Assembly (NCBI RefSeq): GCF_000737315.1 | Contig: NZ_JMCB01000003.1 | Span: 20,001 to 82,000, forward strand | Length of the DNA: 62,000 nt | DNA from: Hyalangium minutum | GTDB lineage: Bacteria > Myxococcota > Myxococcia > Myxococcales > Myxococcaceae | Direction of reading: 5' to 3' | Shown: piece by piece, positions 32,099 to 41,294 of the stretch | Numbering within the stretch: position 1 is the stretch's first letter | Layout: every line of letters begins with the position of its first letter | Position numbers and translations under genes: made by a program | Notes under the pieces: model-generated | The model's input: only the letters and a program-made list of their open reading frames with translations | Told to the model about the DNA's origin: nothing | Databases searched by the model: none

Positions 32099-33672
32099 AG
32101 CCTTTCGAGCAGCAGACCTATTACGAGCTCCTCGAGATCCCCGTCTCCGCGCCGGACGAGGAGATCCGCGCCGCTTACACCCGGGCCCTCGAGACGTACG
32201 CGCCTGACTCCGTCGCGGTGTACGCCCTGGTGGATCCTGGCCAGGTCGATGCTTTGCGCGCCCGGCTCACCGAGGCGATGGAGATCCTCACCGAGCCGGA
32301 CCTCCGCGCCGAGTATGACCGGATGATCGGCGTGAGCCGCGCCGACTCGAGTGCCGTGAAGGCCCTGACCCCCGCGCTGGCCGCGGCTGCTCAGTCCGTC
32401 CCGTCCCAGGAGACTTCCCAGCCTCCCGCCGCTCCAGCGCCCGAGGCCGCTCCTGCGGCGCAGACGCCCGCTTCCGCGGTGGTGGCGGCTCCCTCCGCGC
32501 CTGAGCCCGCCCCGGCGGCTGCTGCTTCGGCTGCTTCGGCTCCCACTCCCACCGCTTCGTCTGCCCCGGCCTCCACGCCTCCCCAGGCTGAGCCTGTCGC
32601 AGCCCCTGCGCCCGCTGCGCCTGCGGTTGCCGCACCCACGCTTGCCGTGCCCGAGGCTCCGTTGGGGATGCCGGGGATCGTCACGCCGAGCCAGGTCCAT
32701 GCGGCGTTCCGCAGCTATGCCATTTCGTATGTGCCCGTGCTGGTGCCCGCGCCCGCGCTGATCAGCACCGCGGTCGCCTCGCCGTTCGTGGCCTCGGGGC
32801 AGGCAGAGGCGGCACCTCCCGCACCGGAGGCACCGGCTGCCGCGCCCGCGGCTCCGGCTCCCGAGGCTGTCGCGGCCCGGGCCGTCGAGCCGGTACCTCC
32901 CGCAGCTGCTCCTGCGAGCACGGCCAGCGCAGCACCTCAGAGTGCAACGAGCACTCCCGCCGCCACGTCCGTTGCATCCTCTGAGCCTGCCGCTGTTTCC
33001 ACACCCGCCCCCGCGCCGGTGGCTGCCTCGCCAGCGCCTGCCCAGGTGCGGGTGAACGACGAGGACGAGGTCTCCGGAGTCCGGGCCCCGCTGCCCGAGC
33101 GGAAGGAGACGCCTGCCGCGGCCTCGCAGCCCACAGCCACGCCTCCCGCGCCGCCCGAGCGCCTCACGCGGCCTGTTCCCACGCCGCCGCCGCTGCCTCC
33201 CGGAGGCCGCCGCCCCGCGCGCCCGGCCGGCCCACCGACGCCCGTTCCCAGGGCTGACGCAGGGAAGGGGAGCGCGCGTCCGGGCTCGGGTCCGGGCATG
33301 GACCTCGAGGAGGCTCAGCAGATCGCCCAGGAGACCGCCATCGCCACGGCGGAGGCGGCGCTCGCCCAGGTGGCCGCCAAGGCGCGTGAGCCGAGGCCCA
33401 AGCCCATCGAGCTGCCCCCCAACACCGAGTTCAACGGCGAGGTGCTCCGGCAGGTCCGCGAGAGCCGGGGCCTGTCGCTCTCGCAGCTCGCCGAGCGCAC
33501 GCGCATCTCCAGCAAGCACCTGGAGAATGTCGAGGCGGACCGCTACACCGCGCTCCCCGCCACCGTGTACCTGCGCGGCATCCTCATGAACATCGCCCGC
33601 GAGCTCGGGTTGGATCCGCTCAAGGTCTCCCGGAGCTATCTGACTCTGGCCGCAGGGCCGAAGAAGAAGTAG
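32095..33672 (+). CDS. J-domain-like / Ala-Pro linker / RodZ-type HTH protein
   Basis: TYYELLEI..IRAAY..YAPD (HPD changed); GEVLRQVRESRGLSLSQLAERTRIS HTH_25-like domain. Confidence 0.8.
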   Translation: MKPFEQQTYYELLEIPVSAPDEEIRAAYTRALETYAPDSVAVYALVDPGQVDALRARLTEAMEILTEPDLRAEYDRMIGVSRADSSAVKALTPALAAAAQSVPSQETSQPPAAPAPEAAPAAQTPASAVVAAPSAPEPAPAAAASAASAPTPTASSAPASTPPQAEPVAAPAPAAPAVAAPTLAVPEAPLGMPGIVTPSQVHAAFRSYAISYVPVLVPAPALISTAVASPFVASGQAEAAPPAPEAPAAAPAAPAPEAVAARAVEPVPPAAAPASTASAAPQSATSTPAATSVASSEPAAVSTPAPAPVAASPAPAQVRVNDEDEVSGVRAPLPERKETPAAASQPTATPPAPPERLTRPVPTPPPLPPGGRRPARPAGPPTPVPRADAGKGSARPGSGPGMDLEEAQQIAQETAIATAEAALAQVAAKAREPRPKPIELPPNTEFNGEVLRQVRESRGLSLSQLAERTRISSKHLENVEADRYTALPATVYLRGILMNIARELGLDPLKVSRSYLTLAAGPKKK

Positions 33673-33751
33673 TCGGCGCACAACGGCAGGCGTGGTAGGA
33701 CTTGCCGTTAAAGTTGACTGGCCGCATTTCCGTCCCTATGAAAGAAGCGCA

Positions 33752-34015
33752 ATGACAGAGGAAGAAAAGGTCAAAGCGATGCGGCTCGCCCGCGCCATTG
33801 CCTCGGACATCTCGCTCTACAACGAGCAGAAGATCATCAAGGGCATTGAGCAGGACAACCTCTTCGAGGTCCTCAAGGACGAGCTCGACGAGGGGCGTGA
33901 GCTCTACAAGAGCCGCGTGAGCGCCGAGATCTTCACGAAGACGAACTTCTTCGAGCGGGCCATCAACGACATCGTCCTGCGCTCCAAGGCGCACGTGAAG
34001 TCGAAGATTTGGTAG
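33752..34015 (+). CDS. Small conserved hypothetical protein
   Basis: AMRLARAIASDISLYN motif; codon bias; stop overlaps the next gene. Confidence 0.7.
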   Translation: MTEEEKVKAMRLARAIASDISLYNEQKIIKGIEQDNLFEVLKDELDEGRELYKSRVSAEIFTKTNFFERAINDIVLRSKAHVKSKIW

Positions 34016-34950
34016 CTCCCGAAGCGCGCGAGCACCAGGCCCCGCCCGAGGCCCGTGGCGAGCGGCTGGATCAGCACCTCGCGCGCGCCCATCCCGATCT
34101 CACCCGGTCCCGTCTCCAGGGGCTCATCGAGGCGGGCCACGTCCAGGTGGACGGCCGGCCCGCGAAGGCCTCGCTGCGGCTGCGCGGCGGTGAGCGGCTC
34201 TCCCTCCACATCCCCGCGCCCGTGGCGGCCGTGCCGGTGGCCGAAGCGCTGCCGATCGACGTGCTCCACGAGGATCGGGATCTCGTCGTGGTGAACAAGG
34301 CGGCGGGCATGGTGGTGCACCCGGGGGCGGGGCACGCCTCGGGGACGCTGGTCAACGCGCTGCTGCACCGGGTGAAGGATCTGGCCGGAGTGGGCGGCGA
34401 GCTGCGGCCGGGCATCGTCCACCGGCTCGACAAGGACACCACGGGGTGCCTCGTGGTGGCGAAGAACGAGCGGACGCTCGTGGCGCTGCAGAAGGCCTTC
34501 AAGACGCGCGCGGTGGAGAAGACGTACCTGGCGCTGGTACACGGCCACCCCAAGCCCGAGGGCCGCATCGAGACGCTGTACGGGCGCCACCCGGTGCACC
34601 GGCAGAAGTTCACCGGCAAAGTCAAAGAGGGCAAGCCCGCGATCACGGTGTACCGGACGCGCGAGCTCTTCGAGGGCGCCGCGCTCGTCGAGGTGGACCT
34701 GCTGACGGGCCGCACGCACCAGATCCGCGTGCACCTGGCCGAGGCGGCGCATCCGCTCTTGTGCGATGCGTTGTACGGCGCCGGGCGCAAGGCGAAGGGG
34801 CCAGTGCTCGAGGCCCAGGAGGCGCTGGGGCGCCAGGCGCTGCACGCGTGGCGGCTCGCGTTCACGCACCCGCGGACGGGCAAGGCGCTGAAGCTGGAGG
34901 CGCCGCTGCCCGCGGACTTCGAAGCAGCAATCGCGCGTCTCCGCAATTGA
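34009..34950 (+). CDS. rluD: RluA/RluD family pseudouridine synthase
   Basis: S4 domain, VVNKAAGMVVHP, VHRLDKDTTG and TGRTHQIRVH. Confidence 0.9.
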   Translation: MVAPEAREHQAPPEARGERLDQHLARAHPDLTRSRLQGLIEAGHVQVDGRPAKASLRLRGGERLSLHIPAPVAAVPVAEALPIDVLHEDRDLVVVNKAAGMVVHPGAGHASGTLVNALLHRVKDLAGVGGELRPGIVHRLDKDTTGCLVVAKNERTLVALQKAFKTRAVEKTYLALVHGHPKPEGRIETLYGRHPVHRQKFTGKVKEGKPAITVYRTRELFEGAALVEVDLLTGRTHQIRVHLAEAAHPLLCDALYGAGRKAKGPVLEAQEALGRQALHAWRLAFTHPRTGKALKLEAPLPADFEAAIARLRN

Positions 34951-35100
34951 ACTCCAGGGCAGGGTGCGTGCTCGCGCGGCGCGTCACTCACCCCGGGGGA
35001 GGAAGGGAGCGTCTCCCCCCAACTATCGGGTCCACATTCACTCCTCGTAAGATTCGCGTGGGCTTCGGAGCTGACGTCGGGCGCCCAGAGATCTCAAGAC

Positions 35101-36084
35101 ATGTCGCTCAAGACGCGATGGCTTGCGAGCATGTGGGGGGTGATTTTGGGAGGGATCGTCATCACGACGATCGCGAGCTCCAGCCTCAGCATCATCGGCC
35201 TTGGGCTGCTGTTGCTGCCGCTGCTGGGGTTCATCGTCTGGAGGCTCGTCAATGACATGGTGCGTGAGCTGACGGAGACTCAGCGGCGGCTCGCCTATTC
35301 GGAGAAGATGGCCGCGGTCAGCCAGCTCGCCGCGGGCGTGGGACACGAGATCAACAACCCCATCACCTATGTCTCCGCCAATCTCGGCTTCGCCACGGAG
35401 ATCCTCGCCGAGCTGAGCGGTACCTCCCGGACTGCGGACTCCCCGCCGCTGCCTCCCGAGGTGGCCGAGCAGCTCCGCGAAGTCTCCGAGGCCCTGCGGG
35501 AGGCGCAGGATGGGGCCCAGCGCGTGGCCCGCATCGTGAGGGATCTGCGCACCTTCGCTCAGCCCGGCAATGCGGCGGGGCAGCTGGTGGAGATCCGCTC
35601 CATCATCGAGTCCGCGCTGAAGCTCGCCTCCAACCCCCTCCTGCTCCGGGCGCGTGTCTTCTGTGACTTCCAGGTGGAGATCCGGGTGAGGGCCCCCGAG
35701 GCGCGGTTGGTCCAGGTCTTCATGAACCTGCTCGTCAATGCGGCACAGGCCATTCCTCCTGGGCACGTCGAGGAGAACGAGGTCCGCGTCACCACGTCCC
35801 TGGGGACCGAGGGCTTCATCGTGGTGGAGGTGAGTGACACGGGGCAGGGCATGCCTCCCGAGGTGCTCAAGCGGTTGTTCGAGCCCTTCTTCACCACCAA
35901 GCCGGTGGGGCAGGGCACGGGCCTGGGGCTGTCCATCTGCCGGAACGTCATCGAGGGGATGGGGGGCACCCTGACGGTGCGTAGCACCGTGGGGAAGGGC
36001 AGCGCCTTCCGGATCACCTTGCCCGAGGCGGGGCCTCTGGGCGCGCAGTTCCCTCAGGACGCGGGGGCGGCTCTGCGCGGGTGA
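35101..36084 (+). CDS. Small 2-TM histidine kinase without a sensor domain
   Basis: Two adjacent hydrophobic helices, GHEINNP, EPFFTTK and GTGLGL. Confidence 0.85.
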   Translation: MSLKTRWLASMWGVILGGIVITTIASSSLSIIGLGLLLLPLLGFIVWRLVNDMVRELTETQRRLAYSEKMAAVSQLAAGVGHEINNPITYVSANLGFATEILAELSGTSRTADSPPLPPEVAEQLREVSEALREAQDGAQRVARIVRDLRTFAQPGNAAGQLVEIRSIIESALKLASNPLLLRARVFCDFQVEIRVRAPEARLVQVFMNLLVNAAQAIPPGHVEENEVRVTTSLGTEGFIVVEVSDTGQGMPPEVLKRLFEPFFTTKPVGQGTGLGLSICRNVIEGMGGTLTVRSTVGKGSAFRITLPEAGPLGAQFPQDAGAALRG

Positions 36085-36151
36085 GCAGGGGCCGTGCGTT
36101 CCATGTTGGTGCACCTCGCCTCAATCTGGAGCGAGCAGGAGATCCAAACTG

Positions 36152-36186
36152 GACGGGAATTCCCTCGGTTCCGAGCGGCTCCCGTC
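36152..36186 (+). other. Stem-loop in the leader of the MVP gene
   Basis: GACGGGA (36152-58) pairs with TCCCGTC (36180-86); inner CTCG/CGAG stem. Confidence 0.4.
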
Positions 36187-36216
36187 TGAAACGGTGCAGG
36201 CACGCGGCTCGCATGG

Positions 36217-38538
36217 GTGGGGATGAACCCCCAACGAGCAGGTGTCCGCGTGCCTCCGCCGAACAACAGCAGCGAAGCCATCCAGCGCATCTCCCTGAAG
36301 AACCGCGAGTACGCGTACATCGAGGACGCCAACCGCGGTGTGGTGCTGGTGGAGATCGGCCCCAAGGTGCTCACGCTGGAGGCCCACCTCACCCTGGTGA
36401 CCAAGAGCCGGATGATCGAGCTGGGCACCGGCAGCTGGTGCGTGGTGCGCAACCCGGTGGTGCGCGAGGAGGGCAAGGTCTCGTTGGACGACTTTGGCCA
36501 GGCCCGTATCGCCGTGGGCGATCGCGAGGTCCGCGTCGGTCCTCAGGTGTTCCCGCTGTACCCCGGTGAAGAGCTCGAGGGCGAGATCACCCCCGAGTAC
36601 GTGCTGGGAGTCTATGACGCGCTCCGGCTGCGCGCGCTCACGGCGTTCATGGATGAGCGGACCCCGGGTGGGCCGCGCCGCCGCGAGGCCGGTGACGAGT
36701 GGCTCGTGCGAGGCCCTGGCCGCTACGTCCCGAGCGCCGCAGTGATGGTGGTCTCCACCGAGAAGGCTCGCGTCCTGAAGGAGACCGAGTACTGCATCGT
36801 GCTCAACCCCGTGGATCGAACCACTGGGAAGATCCAGGAGGGCCGCCGCAAGGTCATCTCAGGCCCGGACGTGTTCTTCCTGGAGCCGGGCGAGCAGCTC
36901 GAGGGCGACGTCCGTCGCAAGCACGTGCTCTCGGAGATGCAGGGGCTGAAGCTCCAGGCGCTCGATGACTTCTCCGAGCCGGAGGAGGGCGGCGAGCCCC
37001 GGCTGCGCAAGGCGGGTGACACGTGGATCGTCCGTGGCCCGCGCACCTACGTGCCGAACGAGAAGGTCGTCATCCAGAAGGAGATCGTCGCGCTGTCGCT
37101 TGGCCAGGGCGAGGGCCTCTACGTGAGGGATCTGCGCTCCGGCAAGGTGTCGCTGGTCCAGGGGCCGTGCCAGTTCATGCCCGAGGCCCACCAGGAGCTG
37201 CACGAGAAGCGGCTCTCGCCGGATGCCGAGGCGCTGCTGGGCCTGGCGCCGCCCGCGCAGGCGCCGCACCTGGCCGCCGTGGAGGGCAAGGAGGGCAAGG
37301 CGCCGCCGCGTCCGTCCGCCAGCGCTTCGGATCGGGTGGACCGTACGCGCGCCATCGTGCTGCGCATCGAGGACAACACCTCGGTGCTCATCAACGACTT
37401 CGAGACCAACCACGCCCGGGTGGAGTTCGGCCCCGCGAAGGTGATGCTGCGCCCCTACGAGGACGTGACGGTGCTCGACTTGTCCGGCGGGACGCCCAAG
37501 CGCCCGCGGCAGCTCAAGGTGCTCATGCTGCGCCTGGGGCCTGACTTCGCCACGGACCTGTTCGAGGTGGCCACGCGGGACCACGCGCGCCTGCGCATCA
37601 AGCTCTCGTACAAGTGGCAGTTCGACGTGGAGGGGGACTCAGAGAAGGACAAGGCCATCTTCCGGGTGAACGACTTCATCGGCTACGTGTGCGAGAACCT
37701 CGCGTCGCGCATCCGCCAGGTGGCGGCGGAGAACGACTTCGAGACGTTCCACAAGAACGCGAGCGTGCTGATCCGCCGTGCCATCTTCGGGGTGGATGAG
37801 GCGGGCAAGGCGCGCAAGGACCGCCTGTTCAGCGAGAACAAGCTGCGCATCATCGACATCGACATCAAGGACATCGCCCCGGTCGATGACAAGACGGCGC
37901 TCAAGCTGCGCGAGGCCATCGACACCAACATCCAGATCCAGCTGGATGCGTCGAAGCAGGAGGCGCAGGCAGCGGCCGAGCTGAAGCGCATCCGCAGCGA
38001 GGAGGAGAAGCAACTGGCGGATATCTCCAGCCACCGGAAGTCGGAGGCGGAGCGCCAGTCGCTCATCGAGCTGCAGAACAAGAACCATCAGCTGGCCACG
38101 CTGAGCCACGCGAAGGTGGAGGCCGAGGCGCAGCTGGAGAAGGCGCGCGTGGAGAGCGAGGAGGCATTGGCCCGAGCCGAGGCCGAGGCCCGCGCGTCCC
38201 GCATCCGCACCGAGGCGGAGCTCGAGCGCGAGCGGATGATGTCGGAGGTGACGCTGGAGCGGCAGAAGAAGCTGAATGATCTCGAGGTGGATCGTCAGGC
38301 GCGGCTGGCGGCGGTGGAGGCTGATCAGTTCCGCCAGCGGGTCGAGGCGCTCGGGGGCGGAGAGAACTTCGTCAAGGCGGTGGCCGCGCAGGCACAGGCG
38401 GCGGTGGTGGGCGGCCTGGACAAGGTCGTCTTCCTGCCGAGCGGCTCGAACCTGAACCTGTTCGACTCCATGCAGGGGCTGCTCGGCCCTGGAGGCAAGA
38501 ACGGGGTGACGGGCGACAAGAACACCGGCACCCACTGA
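36217..38538 (+). CDS. Major vault protein (MVP) homologue
   Basis: Vault repeats (FPLYPGEEL, AGDEWLVRGPGRYVP, FFLEPGEQL, AGDTWIVRGP), shoulder (LSGGTPKRP..LGPDF..TRDHARL, FHKNAS), long cap helix and cap-ring-like NLNLFDSMQGLLG; alternative ATG at 36223. Confidence 0.9.
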   Translation: MGMNPQRAGVRVPPPNNSSEAIQRISLKNREYAYIEDANRGVVLVEIGPKVLTLEAHLTLVTKSRMIELGTGSWCVVRNPVVREEGKVSLDDFGQARIAVGDREVRVGPQVFPLYPGEELEGEITPEYVLGVYDALRLRALTAFMDERTPGGPRRREAGDEWLVRGPGRYVPSAAVMVVSTEKARVLKETEYCIVLNPVDRTTGKIQEGRRKVISGPDVFFLEPGEQLEGDVRRKHVLSEMQGLKLQALDDFSEPEEGGEPRLRKAGDTWIVRGPRTYVPNEKVVIQKEIVALSLGQGEGLYVRDLRSGKVSLVQGPCQFMPEAHQELHEKRLSPDAEALLGLAPPAQAPHLAAVEGKEGKAPPRPSASASDRVDRTRAIVLRIEDNTSVLINDFETNHARVEFGPAKVMLRPYEDVTVLDLSGGTPKRPRQLKVLMLRLGPDFATDLFEVATRDHARLRIKLSYKWQFDVEGDSEKDKAIFRVNDFIGYVCENLASRIRQVAAENDFETFHKNASVLIRRAIFGVDEAGKARKDRLFSENKLRIIDIDIKDIAPVDDKTALKLREAIDTNIQIQLDASKQEAQAAAELKRIRSEEEKQLADISSHRKSEAERQSLIELQNKNHQLATLSHAKVEAEAQLEKARVESEEALARAEAEARASRIRTEAELERERMMSEVTLERQKKLNDLEVDRQARLAAVEADQFRQRVEALGGGENFVKAVAAQAQAAVVGGLDKVVFLPSGSNLNLFDSMQGLLGPGGKNGVTGDKNTGTH

Positions 38539-38555
38539 GGTTTTGAGCACAGTGT

Positions 38556-38595
38556 GGGGCGGGCTTCTTCCCTCCATTGGACAGAAGTCCGCCCC
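38556..38595 (+). other. Strong intercistronic hairpin after MVP
   Basis: GGGGCGGGCTTCT / AGAAGTCCGCCCC 13-bp stem (one G-U), no U tract. Confidence 0.6.
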
Positions 38596-38636
38596 TCGGC
38601 TTGTCGCAGGCCCAGCACTCGGTGCATTCAGAACGC

Positions 38637-39005
38637 ATGGCCATCGCAGAGGTGCACATGAGGCTGGGGAAGTTGCTCGGCAGCATCGATGAGGTGCTGG
38701 GCACCCCCAAGGTGGATATTCGCTCGATTGAGCGGCTCATCGATCAGGCGCGCTGGGCGAAGCTCTACATCGACTTCGAGCTGGCGTTTAAGCCCTACCG
38801 CGACGTCCTGGATGCGGACTGGGGCACGCGCAAGTTCGTGTCGGAGACCTCGGCGCGCCAGATGTTCGAGGAGTTCCGCACCCGGCTGGGCGACGTGGCG
38901 GCGGAGACCGCGGGCCATGTGCCGCTGCGCAACCTCCGGGCTCGTGTCGAAGGCGTCCTCAACGTTGCCCAGCAGTGGTGGGGAACACTGGCCCATCCTT
39001 CTTGA
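38637..39005 (+). CDS. Hypothetical protein (122 aa) downstream of MVP
   Basis: ATG at 38637; GC3-biased, helical, no recognised motif. Confidence 0.6.
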   Translation: MAIAEVHMRLGKLLGSIDEVLGTPKVDIRSIERLIDQARWAKLYIDFELAFKPYRDVLDADWGTRKFVSETSARQMFEEFRTRLGDVAAETAGHVPLRNLRARVEGVLNVAQQWWGTLAHPS

Positions 39006-39050
39006 TGCGTGGGGCCTCTGCTCCGGTGTTGCGCCGGGAGGAGGCAGGGG

Positions 39051-40307
39051 TCAGCGGTGCAGATGGGACTCGGTCTGCTCCAGGTGGCGGCGGGCCTGGG
39101 TGAGGGCCCGCTCCGCGACGGCGGCCTGCTCATCGGCGCGCTCGGCTTCTTCGGTCTGAGCGCGCTCGGCCTCCTCGGCGTTCTGGAGTTCTTCGCGGGC
39201 CTGACGGGCCAGATCCTCGGCGGCTTCGAGCGCCTCGCGTGCGCGGTGGACTTGGGTCTCGGCAGTCTCGAGGACCCGGCGAGCCTGGAGGGTCTGGGCC
39301 TTCATGGTCCGCAGTGCCGCCTGGGCGCGTACCAGGTTGTGGCGTGCGTTCTTCTCGGCCAGGGTGGCCTCGTCCGCGCTTTGCTTGGCCTCCCGGCGGA
39401 GCTGACGCAGCTCCACATCGCGCTGGCGCCGGGTCTCGGCCTCCGCTTCTTTATGGGCCTTGCGCTTCTGAGCGGGAGACTCAGCCGGGACGGCATGCGG
39501 CTTCGGACTCGGCATGGTCCGGACCGGGATTTGTTCCTCTTCCTCCCGAGGCGCCCAAGGGCCTCGCAGCACCTTGGCGTCCGCGCGATGAGGCGTGGGG
39601 GCAGGGCGTGCCGGGGTTTTCTCGGGACGGCGGCTGGGCGGTGGCTTTGGAGGCTTGGGGGCGGGGCGTTCCGGAGCAGGGCCGACGAGCATGAGCGGGG
39701 AGAGTGACCCGAAGCCGGAGCTGCGGAGCGGCTGGGTCAAGGTGCCCCGGGCGAGGATGGCGCGCTCCTCGGCCGTGCCCAGCGCGGCAGCGCGCAGGGT
39801 CTCTTCGACCTGGCGGATGAGATCTCCCGTGGCGTCACGGCCCAGCGCACTCAGCGAGGCGTTGACGTCCTTCATCAAGACTTCGAGCGACTGTTGAAAG
39901 GTGCGGTTGGCATCCTTGAGCTGATCGGTGGCCAGCCCGGACATGGCGCGGCGGTGGGCCAGCTCCAGCGCATGGGCAGAGGAGAGGAACTGATCCATGT
40001 GCTCTGGCTGTCCCTGGGCCAGCCGGTTGACGATCCACGCGGGGACAACGGGGCGCTTGAGCTTCTTGATCGCCTGGGCTTCCTGGGTGTGACCCTCGGC
40101 GGTGAGCGCCTTGGCGAGCGCATCCCGTGTGCGGGTGAACTGATCCAGGGGCAGGGCGTACAGGGCGCGTTGCCGGGCGGCGATCTCCGCCTCGGAGCTT
40201 CCTTGCTTGCCCCGCGAACCGGGAGGCGTTTTCGAGCGAGACGCCACGGGTTCAAGGTGCGATCCGGCGGCGCGAAACGGCAAGTACCTGACTTCCTGGA
40301 GCGCCAT
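39051..40307 (-). CDS. Hypothetical coiled-coil protein
   Basis: LYALPLDQFTRTRDALAK..KLKRPVVPAWIVN N-terminal domain; Pro linker; Ala/Glu coiled coil. Confidence 0.7.
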   Translation of the reverse strand: MALQEVRYLPFRAAGSHLEPVASRSKTPPGSRGKQGSSEAEIAARQRALYALPLDQFTRTRDALAKALTAEGHTQEAQAIKKLKRPVVPAWIVNRLAQGQPEHMDQFLSSAHALELAHRRAMSGLATDQLKDANRTFQQSLEVLMKDVNASLSALGRDATGDLIRQVEETLRAAALGTAEERAILARGTLTQPLRSSGFGSLSPLMLVGPAPERPAPKPPKPPPSRRPEKTPARPAPTPHRADAKVLRGPWAPREEEEQIPVRTMPSPKPHAVPAESPAQKRKAHKEAEAETRRQRDVELRQLRREAKQSADEATLAEKNARHNLVRAQAALRTMKAQTLQARRVLETAETQVHRAREALEAAEDLARQAREELQNAEEAERAQTEEAERADEQAAVAERALTQARRHLEQTESHLHR

Positions 40308-40316
40308 GCCTGCTAA

Positions 40317-41294
40317 TCAGTCAGCAGGCTTCGTCGAGGCTGCTTTCCGGGCCAGTTCGAGCTGCTCGCGGATCCACTCTCTGTAGAAGTAGGTGCTTGT
40401 GTACTCGGAGAACTCGACAGGGGCGCGATAGCTCGTCTTCGCGATCCCGACGAGCTCCAAGGCGTCGCCGTTCTCGCGGAGGCACGGGCCTCCACTGTCT
40501 CCAGCCAGTGCGTACGAGGCGGTCTCCCGCATCAGGAGCGGCTCTCCCTCGGAGAAGGTGGGCGGAATGAGCAAGGGCTTCGCGATGCGAAAGGTCTTGC
40601 CGTCCGTCTCTTCCAGAGATGCGACCTCATTGGTGCCTATCCGGCGAGCACCGCCATCCTCAGCATTGGGTCTCGTGACACCGTAGCCCACGCTGATCAC
40701 GGGTTCTGAGACACGGACCTTGGTGCGAGAGAGAGGAACGGCACGGAGTCCGCCAACGAGCGGTCGATCCAGGACAATGACTGCGAGGTCCGCATTGCTG
40801 GAGAGTTCCCGGCTGTCCGACTCACGGGCGTAACGGATCTTGAGCTCCGGATGAGGACGAACCCGCCCAGTGTGCGAGATGACATCTGCTGGCCACTGCA
40901 GGTCCTCTCGCAGGATGCTTCTCTGCTCTTCTGAGAGGGGCCTGTAGCGGACGGTCGTCACAGTGGCGGTCTTGGCGCACTGGGATGCATCAACGACGAA
41001 GGTCCCTGCGTCTTCGGGAGTGGTCCCTGCATGGGAGGCGCACACGCAGTGACCAGCCGTGAGAATGAGCTGAGCATGGGTGAGCACCCCGCTGCACGTT
41101 TTGAAGGCTACGCCTTTCCTGCTATCGAAGGTCGCGGTGACCCTGACGGTCGAGGCGTAGCGGTTCGAGGCATCCAGGACACTCTCCGAGACAATGGAGT
41201 AGCCACCGCTGGTCTGCTGCACCGCACCAGGACCCGCACAGCCGATGAGGGCTGTGAGCGGGAGCCAGATAAGGCATCTTGTGAAAGGGCTCAT
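40317..41294 (-). CDS. Trypsin-like (S1) serine protease lipoprotein
   Basis: Lipobox LIGC; TAGHC, DLAVI and GDSGGP triad. Confidence 0.85.
   Translation of the reverse strand: MSPFTRCLIWLPLTALIGCAGPGAVQQTSGGYSIVSESVLDASNRYASTVRVTATFDSRKGVAFKTCSGVLTHAQLILTAGHCVCASHAGTTPEDAGTFVVDASQCAKTATVTTVRYRPLSEEQRSILREDLQWPADVISHTGRVRPHPELKIRYARESDSRELSSNADLAVIVLDRPLVGGLRAVPLSRTKVRVSEPVISVGYGVTRPNAEDGGARRIGTNEVASLEETDGKTFRIAKPLLIPPTFSEGEPLLMRETASYALAGDSGGPCLRENGDALELVGIAKTSYRAPVEFSEYTSTYFYREWIREQLELARKAASTKPAD

Noticed and set aside
32400-33250. Short imperfect tandem repeats such as GCTGCTTCG
   Set aside because: Explained by the Ala/Pro/Ser linker coding; not a CRISPR array or mobile repeat
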